NCBI GenBank assembly: GCA_964593285.1
Contig: CAZQHZ010000007.1
Span: 1 to 59,018, forward strand
Length of the DNA: 59,018 nt
Direction: 5' to 3'
Source: an uncultured Methanosarcinales archaeon
Lineage (GTDB): Archaea; Nanobdellota; Nanobdellia; Woesearchaeales; DSVV01
Positions 38,378-50,147 of the stretch are shown here, piece after piece; the stretch's first letter is position 1; every line of letters begins with the position of its first letter. The notes under the pieces are model-generated. The model did no database searches. It worked only from the letters and a program-made list of their open reading frames with translations, and was not told the origin of the DNA. A program made the position numbers and the translations under genes.

Positions 38378-40602
38378 ATGAAATATAATAAAGTTATCTT
38401 AAATTTTTCGATTTTTATTGTTATAGTTGTATTATTTTCAATTTTTGTTTTTGCTCAAAATTATGAAACAATTAATTTTGTCAAAGAAGAAGTGAAATGT
38501 ATTTTTGAAAATTCTAATGAAATGCAAAAATGTTACACTACAGATGGTAGTTTTGGATGCTCAGGAATTAATTCTTGTATAGCTTATGTGTCTGGTGAAA
38601 AAGGTAAAAAGCTTGAATGGAAAAGTACATCTGAAGGTTATGGTTATACTATTATTGATGGAGAAGATGAAAAAATAGAATTTAAATCTCAAAAAAGTAG
38701 TACTCAAAATATTGTTAAAGAACAAGTGAAATGTATTTTTGAAAATTCTAATGAAATGCAAAAATGTTACACTACAGANNNNNNNNNNNNNNNNNNNNNN
38801 NNNNNNNNNNNNNNNNNNNNNNNNNNNNNNNNNNNNNNNNNNNNNNNNNNNNNNNNNNNNNNNNNNNNNNNNNNNNNNAAGTGAAATGTATTTTTGAAAA
38901 TTCTAATGAAATGCAAAAATGTTACACTACAGATGGTAGTTTTGGATGCTTAGGAATTAATTCTTGTATAACTGGAATTAAAGGTGAGAAAGGGAAAAAA
39001 TTTGAATGGAAAAGCTCTTGTGAAAGTTATAACTATACAATCATTGATGGGAATGCAAAATATGTATATTTTAAATGTAAAATAGAAGAACCTATTTTTG
39101 ATGAACAAGAACAAGATTCAAATGAAAATGATTCATTTAACGAAGAAACTATTGAAGAACATGCAGAATTCAAATATATATCTGAAAGCAACGAAACTTT
39201 AAGTGAATTTTATCCATCAGAAATAGTTTATGGAATCGATGAATATGGTAAAACTAAACCAATGTATTGTGATTATGATACTTCTAAAGATGGAATTAGT
39301 ATAATTATTAAGAAAAACGGACACTATGATAATACACAAACTGTAACAAAATTAAATGAATACCTTAACACAGTTGATAATATAAAAAATATATCTAACA
39401 AAGGTATAAAAAAATTTACTGGTTCTTCTGTAACTGAATTTGATAGGTTTATTGAAGATTTAATTTTAAATGATAATGTGGGTTTTGCAATTATTGTAGG
39501 AAATGATTTACCTGTAACTACTATTACTGATCATAAAGCTATGTTAAATTTAAGTGCTAATGATAATTTGTATAGTATTGTTGGAAGAGAGCCTAATGGA
39601 TGTAAAGATATTGCATTGTCTTATGTTTTTGCTCCTTTTATTTATGAAATTGATGAAAAAAACGAATTTATTAATGGAGTATTTAATAATTTTATTAGAT
39701 ATCATAAAAATTTAGAAGAAACCTATAACAATTTTAATTCTAAAGCATTATTTATTAATTGGGATAATAATTTATCTAATACAATTGGCCACCCGATTGG
39801 TTTTTCTAATGATAGAGTATCCAACTATTTATTTTATGACTATGAATATACTCTTAATTCAGATTTATTGAATTTAAATGAGAAATTGAGGGATTCCCCT
39901 TTTTTCTTGAATTATAAAGTTCATGGAAGCCCAAGTAGTCTTGGGATTGGTTTTTTAGAATCTCCAATTTCAGAAATATCTCATGATACAATTTATACAT
40001 CTCCTAATGAAGTTTTAAATTATTATGAACAAAACCAGAACTCTCTTTCTTTATTTATTGACGTTGCTGGAGCTTGTAGTCAAGATGTTCTTTATGTCCG
40101 AAATGATGAATCTTTTTGTTGTTGGCCTCAAACCTGGCTAAAAACTGGTATTTGGAACTTTATGCATGTAGCGGGTGACACTGATAATATAGGATATAGT
40201 TTCGGAAAGAACCTAATAGATGAACGTATAATTGGTCTTGCATATAAAAAAACTCATCATAGTCAAGGCATGTTCTATGGAGATATCCTTGCAATAATGC
40301 CTCCCAGTGATAATAGTAATCAAAAAATTGAGTTGTCAGAAAGCCAAATAGAAAATGATAAAGAAGGAGATTTTTTAATTTGTAAAGACTCTTGTCGTCT
40401 AGATGGGAAATGTTATCCATTTGGATATAGAATTGCAGATAAATTTTGTTCTAACACAGGTTCTTTTATCAATCAATTAAATGAAGGAAATTATTGTGAA
40501 AATAATTTTGAATGTTCTTCAAATTTATGTATTGATAATAATTGTATAGAACAAAAATTATTACAAAAAGTAATTAATTTATTTAAGAGGTTATTTAATT
40601 AA
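38378..40602 (+). CDS. Secreted protein: signal peptide, tandem Cys repeats, gingipain/C25-like peptidase domain, Cys-rich C-terminus (one gene across the gap)
   Basis: Gap flanks are duplicated and join the two ORFs; KE.VKCIFENS repeat twice; IIVGNDLP..NDNLYS, VHGS, AGACS, FYGD motifs. Confidence 0.65.
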
Positions 40603-40617
40603 ATTTATTTACAGAAA

Positions 40618-41421
40618 ATGGATTTTAAAAAAATACCTTTTTTGGTTAAAGGAAGTATTATTGGTTATATCATAACTTTTTTAATTTTGTTTATTTTATT
40701 TTTATTAGCAATTATTTTAGATTCTAAATCTTTTATTCTTGATTCTAATAATTTGGCTATACTTTTTTTAATATCAATTTTTGCATTAGTTGGAATTATT
40801 TTTGGGTTAATTTCTACAATAATATTTGAATTAATAAAGAGTAAAAAAAAAAGTTTTTTTTTTACAATATCAATTTCAGTAGGTTTCATGATTTTATTTA
40901 TATTTATTTTAGCTTATTTTGTTTACTTTTTTACCCCTTCAAATAAAGTAAAGATAACAAATACAATCATCTTAGAGGAAGATTTTTCAAATTACTATTT
41001 TTTTAGTAGCCATAAAGATTTTAAAGGGAGGACTAATTTTAATTTTATAGGCGGATATAGTAACTTAAGTTTAAAAGTTAATCCAAAAAACATTCCTCCA
41101 AGTACATTTGGTTTGATGTTTAGTAAAGATAGTTGTATAGATATTTTTATAATTCCTAAAGTAGATTATAATTCTTTTTTAGATTTAGCAAATTCAAGCT
41201 CACAAAAAGTAATATCTCATTTATGTTATAGGACAATTGAAAGTCCTTATAAAAATATAGCAAAAATTGAACATATTTATAAAATAAATACAAACTCAAT
41301 TAATGAAAAACCTCAAGAGATTAAAATAAAAAAAACACCTTTTTTTTCTGTTTTAGCAATTTTATGTATAGTAATTTTTTATATTAATATTCACCTTATT
41401 AGAAAAATGTATAACAATTAG
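40618..41421 (+). CDS. Hypothetical membrane protein
   Basis: Three N-terminal TM helices, soluble domain, C-terminal TM. Confidence 0.7.
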   Translation: MDFKKIPFLVKGSIIGYIITFLILFILFLLAIILDSKSFILDSNNLAILFLISIFALVGIIFGLISTIIFELIKSKKKSFFFTISISVGFMILFIFILAYFVYFFTPSNKVKITNTIILEEDFSNYYFFSSHKDFKGRTNFNFIGGYSNLSLKVNPKNIPPSTFGLMFSKDSCIDIFIIPKVDYNSFLDLANSSSQKVISHLCYRTIESPYKNIAKIEHIYKINTNSINEKPQEIKIKKTPFFSVLAILCIVIFYINIHLIRKMYNN

Positions 41422-41662
41422 TTATTTTATTTGTTCTAATTTTTTTTAAATATATTCTTTAAAAGATGATGATAAAAATAGTTTAATAATTCAATGTATC
41501 AGCATTTAAAATTAAAAAAGCAAAAGTTAAATAAACTATATATTAAATTAATTATGTTGTAAGGTCAAATCATGATTTGTAATTTGCCGTATTAGTAGAT
41601 ACGTCCTACTATTTTTAAGAATATTTAAAACCCCATACATTTTTAGTGTAGAGATGAATTTC

Positions 41663-41836
41663 TTATCTATTTTTATGATTTAAACGAATTATACTTATTA
41701 TTGCAGATAAATAAAACAATCCTGCAGTAATTATACTAATTATGTTTTTGTTTAAAAAAAAGACTCCTAAAAAAAGGGTTCCTGCAATAATAAATAATAC
41801 TATATTTAATACCAAAATATTATTTTGCTTTTTCAT
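41663..41836 (-). CDS. Small two-TM membrane protein (57 aa, below track cutoff)
   Basis: MKKQNNILVLNIVLFIIAGTLFLGVFFLNKNIISIITAGLFYLSAIISIIRLNHKNR. Confidence 0.5.
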   Translation of the reverse strand: MKKQNNILVLNIVLFIIAGTLFLGVFFLNKNIISIITAGLFYLSAIISIIRLNHKNR

Positions 41837-42062
41837 TTTTTATCAAACTGATTAATTGTTAATTTTTTATTGATTACAAAAAGTTACAATTATTTAAAGA
41901 TTTTTGAAATTTTTGGTGTGGGACAAAAAAGATTTGATAGAATTTATACTGCTAACATTCTAACATATATTGAGCATAATTTGTGGTGGTTAGCAGATTA
42001 AATTTGTTCCAAATTCAAAAATATAGAAACATTTATAAATATCATTAATAATTATTTTTTAT

Positions 42063-42440
42063 ATGAAAAATAGTTTATTTGCAAAAATTTATTTTATTTT
42101 AATGATATTTTATGGCGTTCTTAATATATTAGCAAATGTTATTAAATATTTAGTTGGCGTAAAATCTCCACTTTTTATAATAGTTGGTTCTTTTTTAACA
42201 ATTTATAGTCTTGCAGTAATAATATTAAGCATAGTTGCTTTGGTAAATTTTATTAAAAATAATTTTTCAAAAAGTATTTTGATAGTTCCTTGTATTATTT
42301 TAGGTATGTTTGTTGTTGGATTATTTATGGGAATCATCGGTTTAGTAATGAATATAAATTTTGTTGGTTTTTTAGGTTTATTTGATTTAATTTCAGCATT
42401 TTTTATAATTGGTTTTTCAATATATCAATTAATTAAATAA
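42063..42440 (+). CDS. Hypothetical 4-TM membrane protein
   Basis: 125-aa hydrophobic ORF with TTTATAAAT TATA-like box upstream. Confidence 0.7.
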   Translation: MKNSLFAKIYFILMIFYGVLNILANVIKYLVGVKSPLFIIVGSFLTIYSLAVIILSIVALVNFIKNNFSKSILIVPCIILGMFVVGLFMGIIGLVMNINFVGFLGLFDLISAFFIIGFSIYQLIK

Positions 42441-42468
42441 CACATTATATTTTTGAAAACTAATTTAT

Positions 42469-42506
42469 TTTTAATTTCTTTTTTATTCATTTTTGCTAAT
42501 AAAAAA
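42469..42506 (+). repeat. 38-bp direct repeat, copy 2 (relic 5' end of asparagine synthase-like gene)
   Basis: Minus strand reads MNKKEIKNKL versus MNKEEIKIKL for the intact gene. Confidence 0.8.
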
Positions 42507-42564
42507 GCAAATATTATAAATTATTTGTTTTTATTTTATATTATTTATAATTAATGGTGTTTTT

Positions 42565-42819
42565 ATGGAAGAAATATTAATTGGAAAAGTAAAAAAATAT
42601 TATTCAAAAATAAATATTGCAGTAATTAAATTATCAAATAAATTAAATAAAAATGATTTAATTCATTTTAGAGGATTTAATACTGATTTTGAGCAAATTA
42701 TTGATTCAATTGAACATAATAATAAAAAAATTGATTTTGCAAATTCTCCGATAGAAATTGGAATAAAAGTTAATAAAAAAGTTAGTGAAAACGATGAAGT
42801 TTTAAAAATAATAGAATAA
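42565..42819 (+). CDS. Translation elongation factor-like small beta-barrel protein (U32 peptidase C-terminal-like)
   Basis: IGKV..YYSKI.IAVIKL..L..D.I.F.G..TDFEQ.IDS..IGIKV..V.END.V pattern. Confidence 0.75.
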   Translation: MEEILIGKVKKYYSKINIAVIKLSNKLNKNDLIHFRGFNTDFEQIIDSIEHNNKKIDFANSPIEIGIKVNKKVSENDEVLKIIE

Positions 42820-42999
42820 GTTTTATTATTTATTTTTTGTAAAAATTTTAATTATTTTTTTTAATTTTTAAACTTTTTTTGTTTTTTAAAGATATTTATT
42901 ATTATTTACGAAAGCTATTTAAATTAAATGAAATTCTTGTCTTTAAGCTTTTTATTTAAAAATATAATTATATTTTTTTTAATAAATTTTAGAAAAAAA

Positions 43000-45525
43000 A
43001 TGGATGAAAACAATAAAGAAAACGAAAAAATAAACGAAAATGATGATTTAATTGATGATTCAACTAATTTAATTAATGATTTAAAAAATGATAAATTGTT
43101 TTTGGCACCAATAGATAAAGAAATGAAATCTTTTTATCTAGATTATGCAATGTCAGTTATTATTGGTAGAGCATTACCTGATGTAAGAGATGGTTTAAAA
43201 CCAGTTCATCGAAGGATTATATATTCGATGAACGAACAAGGAATGCAATTTAACAAAGCTTTTAAAAAATGTGCAAGAATTGTTGGTGATGTTTTAGGAA
43301 GATACCATCCACATGGCGATAGTTCAGTATATGATGCCTTAGTTAGAATGGCTCAAAGTTTTTCTTTAAGATATCCATTAATTAAAGGTCAAGGAAATTT
43401 TGGTAGTATTGATGGTGATAGTGCAGCTGCAATGAGGTATACTGAAGCTAAAATGAATAAAATTTCAGATGAATTAATTGCAGATATTGATAAAGAAACA
43501 GTAGATTATGTAGATAATTTTGATGGTTCATTAAAAGAACCAGTAGTATTACCTTCAAAAATTCCAAATTTATTAATAAATGGAACTTCAGGTATTGCTG
43601 TTGGTATGGCAACTAGCATTCCACCACATAATATTAATGAAGTTTGTAGTGCAACTATTGCAGTATTAGATGACCCAGAAATACATATTAAAGAATTATT
43701 TGAACATATTCAAGGACCAGATTTTCCAACAGGGGCAATAATTACAAGTAAAAACGCAATATTAAGAGCATATACAACAGGAAAAGGAAAAATAAGAGTT
43801 AAAGGAAATGCATTCATTGAAGAAGTAAAAGGAAAACGATGTGTAATTATTGATGAAATACCATACATGGTTAATAAATCAATGCTTATAGAAGAGATTG
43901 CTTCTCAAATAAATAATAAAGTTATCCAAGGAATTTCAGACATAAGAGATGAATCTGATAGAAAAGGTATGCGAATTGTTATCTTTTTAAAAAAAGATGC
44001 AAATCAAGACATTGTTTTAAATCAATTATTTAAATATTCAAGACTTCAAGTAACATTTAGTATGAATTTTTTGGCATTACTAAACAATGCACCAAAAGTT
44101 ATGGATTTAAAAGAGATAATTGTTAATTTTATTGAACACAGAAAAATTATTATAACTAGAAGAACAAAATTTGATTTAAGAAAAGCAAAAGAAAAAGAAC
44201 ATATTCTTTTAGGATTAGTTATTGCATTAGACAATATTGATGAAGTAATAAAATTAATTAAATCTTCAAAATCAACAAATGAAGCATTAAATAATTTAAT
44301 TGAAAATTTTTCTTTAACAGAAAAACAATCTAAAGCAATTTTAGAAATGAGGCTTCAAAGATTAACTAATTTAGAACAAGACAAAGTTAGAAATGATTTA
44401 ATACAAATAAAAGAATTAATTAATGAACTAGAATCAATTTTAGCTTCAAAAGAAAAAATTAAAGATATTATAAAAACAGAAATTAATGAAATTTCTTCTA
44501 AATATTCAGATAATCGAAAAACAAAAATTTTAGATGAAGATGATGATGAAGATATAGATATTGAAGATTTTATTGAAAAAGAAGAAGTTGTAGTTACTGT
44601 TAGTCATTCTGGTTATATTAAAAGAATCCCACTAAATTCTTATAGGGCACAAAAAAGGGGAGGAAAAGGGATTATTGGTTTGTCAACAAATAAAAAAGAA
44701 GATGTAGTAGAACATTTATTTATTGCAAATACTCATGATTATATTTTATTTTTTACAGATAATGGCCAAGTTCATTGGCTTAAAGTTTGGAAAATACCTG
44801 AAGCTGGTAGATATTCTGCAGGAAAAGCTATTGTTAATTTATTAGATATTTCAAAAGATCAAAAAATTGCATCTTTTGTTAAAATAAGTAAATTTGAAGA
44901 AGATCATTATTTAGTTATGGCAACAAAAAATGGTTTAGTTAAAAAATCAAGTTTAAAAGACTATTCAAGACCAAGAGCTGGTGGAATTAAAGGTATTTTA
45001 ATTGATGAAGGTGATAGTTTAGTTAATGTTATTAAAACTAATGGTGATAACCAAATTTTTTTAGCAACAAAAAAAGGAATGGCAGTAAAATTTAATGAAA
45101 ATTGTGTTAGATGTATGGGTCGTGTTTCAAAAGGTGTTAGAGGTATTAAGTTAAAAAAAGAAGATTGTGTTGTTTCTATGGGTAGAGCTGATGATGAAAA
45201 ATCACTACTTACAATAACTGAAAATGGTTTTGGTAAAAGAACAAACATCATTGATTATCGTCTTATAAATAGGGGGGGAGTTGGTGTTAGAAATATTATT
45301 TGTTCACAAAGAAATGGAAATGTTGTTTGCGTGAAACCTGTTACAACAGATGATGAAGTTTTATTTATTTCAAAAAATGGAATAATTATTAGAACACCAA
45401 TTGAAGGAATTTCAATTATTGGCAGAAACACACAAGGTGTAAAGTTAATGAGATTATCACTAGATGATAAAGTTGTTGCAGCTGCAAAAATTGCATCATC
45501 TGATGAAACAAAAGAAGATATTTAA
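43000..45525 (+). CDS. gyrA: DNA gyrase subunit A (probable start 43000)
   Basis: [36 protein letters not shown], GyrA-box QKRGGKG, C-terminal pinwheel repeats. Confidence 0.97.
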   Translation: MDENNKENEKINENDDLIDDSTNLINDLKNDKLFLAPIDKEMKSFYLDYAMSVIIGRALPDVRDGLKPVHRRIIYSMNEQGMQFNKAFKKCARIVGDVLGRYHPHGDSSVYDALVRMAQSFSLRYPLIKGQGNFGSIDGDSAAAMRYTEAKMNKISDELIADIDKETVDYVDNFDGSLKEPVVLPSKIPNLLINGTSGIAVGMATSIPPHNINEVCSATIAVLDDPEIHIKELFEHIQGPDFPTGAIITSKNAILRAYTTGKGKIRVKGNAFIEEVKGKRCVIIDEIPYMVNKSMLIEEIASQINNKVIQGISDIRDESDRKGMRIVIFLKKDANQDIVLNQLFKYSRLQVTFSMNFLALLNNAPKVMDLKEIIVNFIEHRKIIITRRTKFDLRKAKEKEHILLGLVIALDNIDEVIKLIKSSKSTNEALNNLIENFSLTEKQSKAILEMRLQRLTNLEQDKVRNDLIQIKELINELESILASKEKIKDIIKTEINEISSKYSDNRKTKILDEDDDEDIDIEDFIEKEEVVVTVSHSGYIKRIPLNSYRAQKRGGKGIIGLSTNKKEDVVEHLFIANTHDYILFFTDNGQVHWLKVWKIPEAGRYSAGKAIVNLLDISKDQKIASFVKISKFEEDHYLVMATKNGLVKKSSLKDYSRPRAGGIKGILIDEGDSLVNVIKTNGDNQIFLATKKGMAVKFNENCVRCMGRVSKGVRGIKLKKEDCVVSMGRADDEKSLLTITENGFGKRTNIIDYRLINRGGVGVRNIICSQRNGNVVCVKPVTTDDEVLFISKNGIIIRTPIEGISIIGRNTQGVKLMRLSLDDKVVAAAKIASSDETKEDI

Positions 45526-45615
45526 AATATTTTTAAACTTATTTTAAAAATTTAAATCTTTTTTCTTAATTTTTTTAATAATATTTAAATATCATTAGAT
45601 ATAAATTTGATTATC

Positions 45616-48600
45616 ATGAAAAAAAGAGGTTTGTTTTTAATCATAAATTATTTACTATTTTTTATTATTTTATTTCCTTTTGCTTTTTCTCTGGAAGGCT
45701 GGGATAAATTTGTAAAAATTAATATAAAAACAATTGATGAAATAGCACCCCAAAATTATCAAGTTTTAGTTAATTTTGATGATACTATTATTAATGATTT
45801 TAATTGGTATTTAAATTGTAATGATGTACGATTTATTGATGAACAAGGAAATTCATTAAATTATTGGATTGAAGAATGTGATAATTCTTTAAAAAATGCA
45901 AACATTTGGGTTAAAATTAATCAAGAAATAAATAATTATGGACTTAATATTACAATGTTTTATGACAATCCAGATGCAGATTCAGAAAGTGATGGGAAAA
46001 ATACATTTGTTTTATTTGGAGATTTTTTAAATAATGAATTAGATGATGGTTGGACGTGGGATGTAATAAAACATGAAAATGAAAAAACAGACGGAGATAT
46101 AGACTTTGAGGATGGAAAATTAATATTAAAAAGTTCTCATTCAAAAGATGTTTGGAATAATGATTATCAAGCAACTCTTGTCTGGCAAGATGAAAAAGTT
46201 CAAGATAATTTTGAAGCAATTGTAAAAATTTTAGATCAAACATCTACTCATGATTGGGCGAAATCAGGCATTATTGTTCAAAATACAAATGAAGCTAAAA
46301 AAAAAGATGGAAAAGCAAATGTTTTAATTACTCCAAGATATGGTGTTGCTTTTCAATGGCAAGAAACTGGTTGGTTAGGAACAAATTATTATGCTCCTAA
46401 TGAAAAATTTAATAATGAATTAGATATTAATTTTCCAATTTACCTTAAATTACAAAAAAAAGACAATAAAATTTCAACTTTTTATAGTTATAACCAAGAA
46501 ACATGGTTTCAAGTAGGTTCAACAAAAATACCAGCTGGAATTAATAATGAACAATACATCGCTTTATTACATACTACCCATAATTCTGGAAGTCAAATAG
46601 GAAGGGCTGTTTTTGATATGTTTTATACAAAAAAATATGTTTCAAATGAGCCAATTGTAGAAATAATTACTTCTGATTGTACTTCAAATTGTGAGGATAA
46701 AGAATGTGGTGATGATGGTTGTGATGGTGTATGTGGTATTTGTGATGATAATGAATTTTGTAATGAAGATGGTCAATGTGTAGAATGTTTAGATAATAGT
46801 CATTGTGATGAAGAAAATAATGAAATTTGTAATCAAGAAAATCAATGTATTATTGAAGAAGATGAAATTAATATATTTTTTCATGCAATAGTTTGTGATT
46901 ATGAAAATTTACTTCCAAAATGGGCACATCATGATGTTAATTACCATAATCCAAAAAAACCAAATAAAATAAATTCTACAACTGCAATTGATTTTATTGA
47001 ATTAAAAGGAGATTTTTGTTCTTTTGATAATTTAGAATTTCAATTTAGTAAAGATAATGAAAATTGGCATAATATTGGTGAATCTAATGCCGAAGGCGGA
47101 TTAATTTTAACTTTAAATGAATCAAAAATAGACGAATATGGTATCAATTTAGGAGAATTATATTTTAGAACAATTGAAAATGAAGACTATATCAATTTTT
47201 CAGGACCAAATGATGAAGATTATATAAGTGCAGAATTTTATTGCCATGAAGATATTGAATTATTTGATAATATAGAAAAAATTAATCTAGAATTTAATAA
47301 AAACTATTATTGTGTTGCATTTAATACAAAAGAACCTGAATGTTATATTGGTGAAAATAAATGTAGTTCTACATATGGTTATTTAAATTGTTCTTTAGAT
47401 GATTATAAATGGGTTGTAGTAGAACCAACTGTAGGTAAAGATTATTGTGAAAATTGTTCAGAAGACAATATTTGGATTAATGGTAAATGCTGTGGGATTT
47501 TAGAAAATGAAGAAATTAAAGCTAGGTTTTGTGGAAGTGACACTAGTTGTGATACTGATGATAGTGATATAGCATGTTGTGATTCTTGGAATTCTTGTGT
47601 ATTTAATGGTCAATGTTATCCAAACAATCATCTATTTTATGAAGAAAATATGTATTGTAAAGAAGGAGTTTGGATTGGTGGTGATGGTAATGAAGAGGCA
47701 TGTAATGAATTTATTTCATATTGTTCAACATATTCTGATTGTGAATTACCAGAAAATAGTGGCTGGAAAGTGAGTATTAGTAGGTGTTGTGGTGATGATG
47801 GTTTAGAAGATCCTGATTGTGAATTAGATAATATAGAAAATTTATTTGAGCAATTTAATATGTCAATTCCAGAATATAGTTTGTCAGAAACAATTACTAA
47901 TGATGATTTAGTTATTGATGAAATAAATTTTGAAATTTCAAATTCATCAGAAATTTTAATTTATAGGTCAATTGAAGATAATTCAATTGTAAGAATAGAT
48001 ATTTATTCATTAGATTATAATGAATCATTAATTAATTTTGATGATAAAATGCTTAATATTTCAAAAAATAGTCATGCAGAAATATTTTATCTTGATAATA
48101 AATGGTTTATAAAAGGTGAAAATACATCAATTCATATGTTTGATCAATATTTACCACAAGCAAATTTTAATATTTCAGAAAATATATTATTAGCTAATGA
48201 TGGTGCAATAATTATTGATGACCTTGGAAGTATTTGTATGATTTTAGAAGATGGTTCAAGATACGAATTTGTATCTGGTGAAAATAATTTTGCTTTTTTT
48301 GTACCTTATGGCAATCATGAATTTGAAATTTGTTTTAAAAAAAAATCTGAAGATATATTCAATTTAAATTTTAATGAATGTTTTTATTGTGGTGAGATTA
48401 ATTTTTTAGATCAAATAAAAAATTTAAATTCAAAAATTGAACTTGAAACATCTGATTTGGCTTTACCAATCTATACAGATATTATAAATAGTCGTGATTT
48501 AAATAATAAAATTAATATGTTATTATCAAATAATTTTTCAAACATAAATTTATTAGAAATAAAAAATCTTGATAATTTAGGGACAACAACAACTACTAAT

Positions 48601-48873
48601 GGTTTTTTTGAAATAGTTGAAAAAAACAATACACGTTTTTTAAAAATAATTTCACAATTAAATTTAAAAAAACCAAATTATATAAATACATACAAAACTG
48701 AAAATTCACCTTTAACTAGAATTAATTTTAAAAATGATAATTTACATCAAAATTTTAAAGACACTTCTTTAAATAAACGTAATGAAGTTTTATTATATGG
48801 TATTAATAGTACTCGTTTAAATAGATTTAAAGATGATGTCAAATTTTTATATAATCAAGTTAAAATTTCATAG
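45616..48873 (+). CDS. Large secreted protein: DUF2341-like and concanavalin-like domains plus acidic Cys-rich region
   Basis: Signal peptide; DVRF..LNYWIE..IWVK..MFYDNP pattern; WAKSG; CGDDGC repeats. Confidence 0.7.
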   Translation: MKKRGLFLIINYLLFFIILFPFAFSLEGWDKFVKINIKTIDEIAPQNYQVLVNFDDTIINDFNWYLNCNDVRFIDEQGNSLNYWIEECDNSLKNANIWVKINQEINNYGLNITMFYDNPDADSESDGKNTFVLFGDFLNNELDDGWTWDVIKHENEKTDGDIDFEDGKLILKSSHSKDVWNNDYQATLVWQDEKVQDNFEAIVKILDQTSTHDWAKSGIIVQNTNEAKKKDGKANVLITPRYGVAFQWQETGWLGTNYYAPNEKFNNELDINFPIYLKLQKKDNKISTFYSYNQETWFQVGSTKIPAGINNEQYIALLHTTHNSGSQIGRAVFDMFYTKKYVSNEPIVEIITSDCTSNCEDKECGDDGCDGVCGICDDNEFCNEDGQCVECLDNSHCDEENNEICNQENQCIIEEDEINIFFHAIVCDYENLLPKWAHHDVNYHNPKKPNKINSTTAIDFIELKGDFCSFDNLEFQFSKDNENWHNIGESNAEGGLILTLNESKIDEYGINLGELYFRTIENEDYINFSGPNDEDYISAEFYCHEDIELFDNIEKINLEFNKNYYCVAFNTKEPECYIGENKCSSTYGYLNCSLDDYKWVVVEPTVGKDYCENCSEDNIWINGKCCGILENEEIKARFCGSDTSCDTDDSDIACCDSWNSCVFNGQCYPNNHLFYEENMYCKEGVWIGGDGNEEACNEFISYCSTYSDCELPENSGWKVSISRCCGDDGLEDPDCELDNIENLFEQFNMSIPEYSLSETITNDDLVIDEINFEISNSSEILIYRSIEDNSIVRIDIYSLDYNESLINFDDKMLNISKNSHAEIFYLDNKWFIKGENTSIHMFDQYLPQANFNISENILLANDGAIIIDDLGSICMILEDGSRYEFVSGENNFAFFVPYGNHEFEICFKKKSEDIFNLNFNECFYCGEINFLDQIKNLNSKIELETSDLALPIYTDIINSRDLNNKINMLLSNNFSNINLLEIKNLDNLGTTTTTNGFFEIVEKNNTRFLKIISQLNLKKPNYINTYKTENSPLTRINFKNDNLHQNFKDTSLNKRNEVLLYGINSTRLNRFKDDVKFLYNQVKIS

Positions 48874-48950
48874 TTTTCTAAAAAAATATACATATTATTT
48901 AAAATTTCAAATAAAAAAACATATAAATACATAGTGCCTAACCTTATTTT

Positions 48951-50045
48951 ATGTTTATTAGATCAAAAAAAATAAAAAATAACCTTTATGCATATGCTAT
49001 AAAAAATAAATGGACTAAATTAGGTCCAAGACAGTGTTATAGTAAATATTTAGGTAAGGTTATTGTTTTAAAACAAGAAAATAATTTAGATTTTGAAGAA
49101 ATATTTAATTATAAAATAAATAAAAATGATCCTTATTATTTAGTAAGATACATTATTATAAAAGAATTAACTAATTATGGTTTTAAAAAAAAGAATGAAT
49201 TTAAGTATTATTATGATGATATTGTTATTAATTTAATTAATGGAACAATTAAAAAAAACAAAAAAAATATTGTATTAATGTTAAATAATGATTTTTTATC
49301 TACTTTTACATTAAAAAAATTAATTTTTTTTAATTCAACAAAAGATAAAAATAATGTAGCACTAGATTTAGCAAAATCTTTTATTCAAGCAGGAATTGCA
49401 GTTAGACAAGATTTATTTATTCAATTATTTAATTTAATTTACAGAAACGGCCAAACATTTATTGAAAAAAAAAAAATTATTAAAAAGAATAAAAAAAAAT
49501 TATCTTCTAATAAAATAGAAAAAAATGATAAAAATACTAAATTATTAGATAAGAAAGTAATTATCGTTTCTGGAACTCCAGGGACTGGTAAAACTACATT
49601 ATCAGAAATTCTTGCAAAAAAAATTAATGCAAAATATGTTGATGTAAACACAATTATAAAAAATAATAAATTAAATAATGAATATGATGATGAAAAAAAA
49701 TGTTATATTATTGATGAAAAAAAATTAGTTGAAAAATTAAAGAAAATGATTAAAAATTCAAAAAATTCATTAGTTATAGATTCACATTTATCTCATTATT
49801 TACCAAAAGATGTAGTAGGCTTATGCATTATTACAAAATGTGAATTAAAAGAATTAGAAAAAAGATTAAAAAAAAGAAAATATAATAAACAAAAAGTGAG
49901 AGATAATTTGGATTGTGAAATCTTTGAAGTATGCAAAATTGAAGCAATAGAGAATAATCATAACATAATTGAAGTATTTACTGATAAAACAATTGATTAT
50001 AATCAAATTATTAATAAAATAGATAAATTAAATAATAAAATATGA
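48951..50045 (+). CDS. Fusion of an unknown N-terminal domain with AK6/Fap7-type adenylate kinase
   Basis: C-terminal half IVSGTPGTGKTT, VIDSHLSH, LEKRLKKRKY...KVRDNLDCE; Lys-rich linker. Confidence 0.8.
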   Translation: MFIRSKKIKNNLYAYAIKNKWTKLGPRQCYSKYLGKVIVLKQENNLDFEEIFNYKINKNDPYYLVRYIIIKELTNYGFKKKNEFKYYYDDIVINLINGTIKKNKKNIVLMLNNDFLSTFTLKKLIFFNSTKDKNNVALDLAKSFIQAGIAVRQDLFIQLFNLIYRNGQTFIEKKKIIKKNKKKLSSNKIEKNDKNTKLLDKKVIIVSGTPGTGKTTLSEILAKKINAKYVDVNTIIKNNKLNNEYDDEKKCYIIDEKKLVEKLKKMIKNSKNSLVIDSHLSHYLPKDVVGLCIITKCELKELEKRLKKRKYNKQKVRDNLDCEIFEVCKIEAIENNHNIIEVFTDKTIDYNQIINKIDKLNNKI

Positions 50046-50147
50046 ATCAATAAAAAAATAAAGGAAATTAATAAAAAATTTTAAATATAACAATACATAT
50101 TTTATTTAAATATATACATATATACAAAAAATTATTATTTTTTAAAA

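Noticed and set aside
38724..38933. Apparent frameshift or two genes at 38378-38884 and 38764-40602
   Set aside because: Artefact of the 100-N gap within a tandem repeat; treated as one gene.
41570..41662. Possible IS200/IS605-type end or small RNA relic (AAACCCCATACATTTTAGTGTAGAG)
   Set aside because: Hairpin is weak and no tnpA/tnpB remnant is recognisable.
42928..42999. Hydrophobic N-terminal extension of GyrA
   Set aside because: Probably translated promoter sequence; ATG at 43000 gives a normal soluble start.
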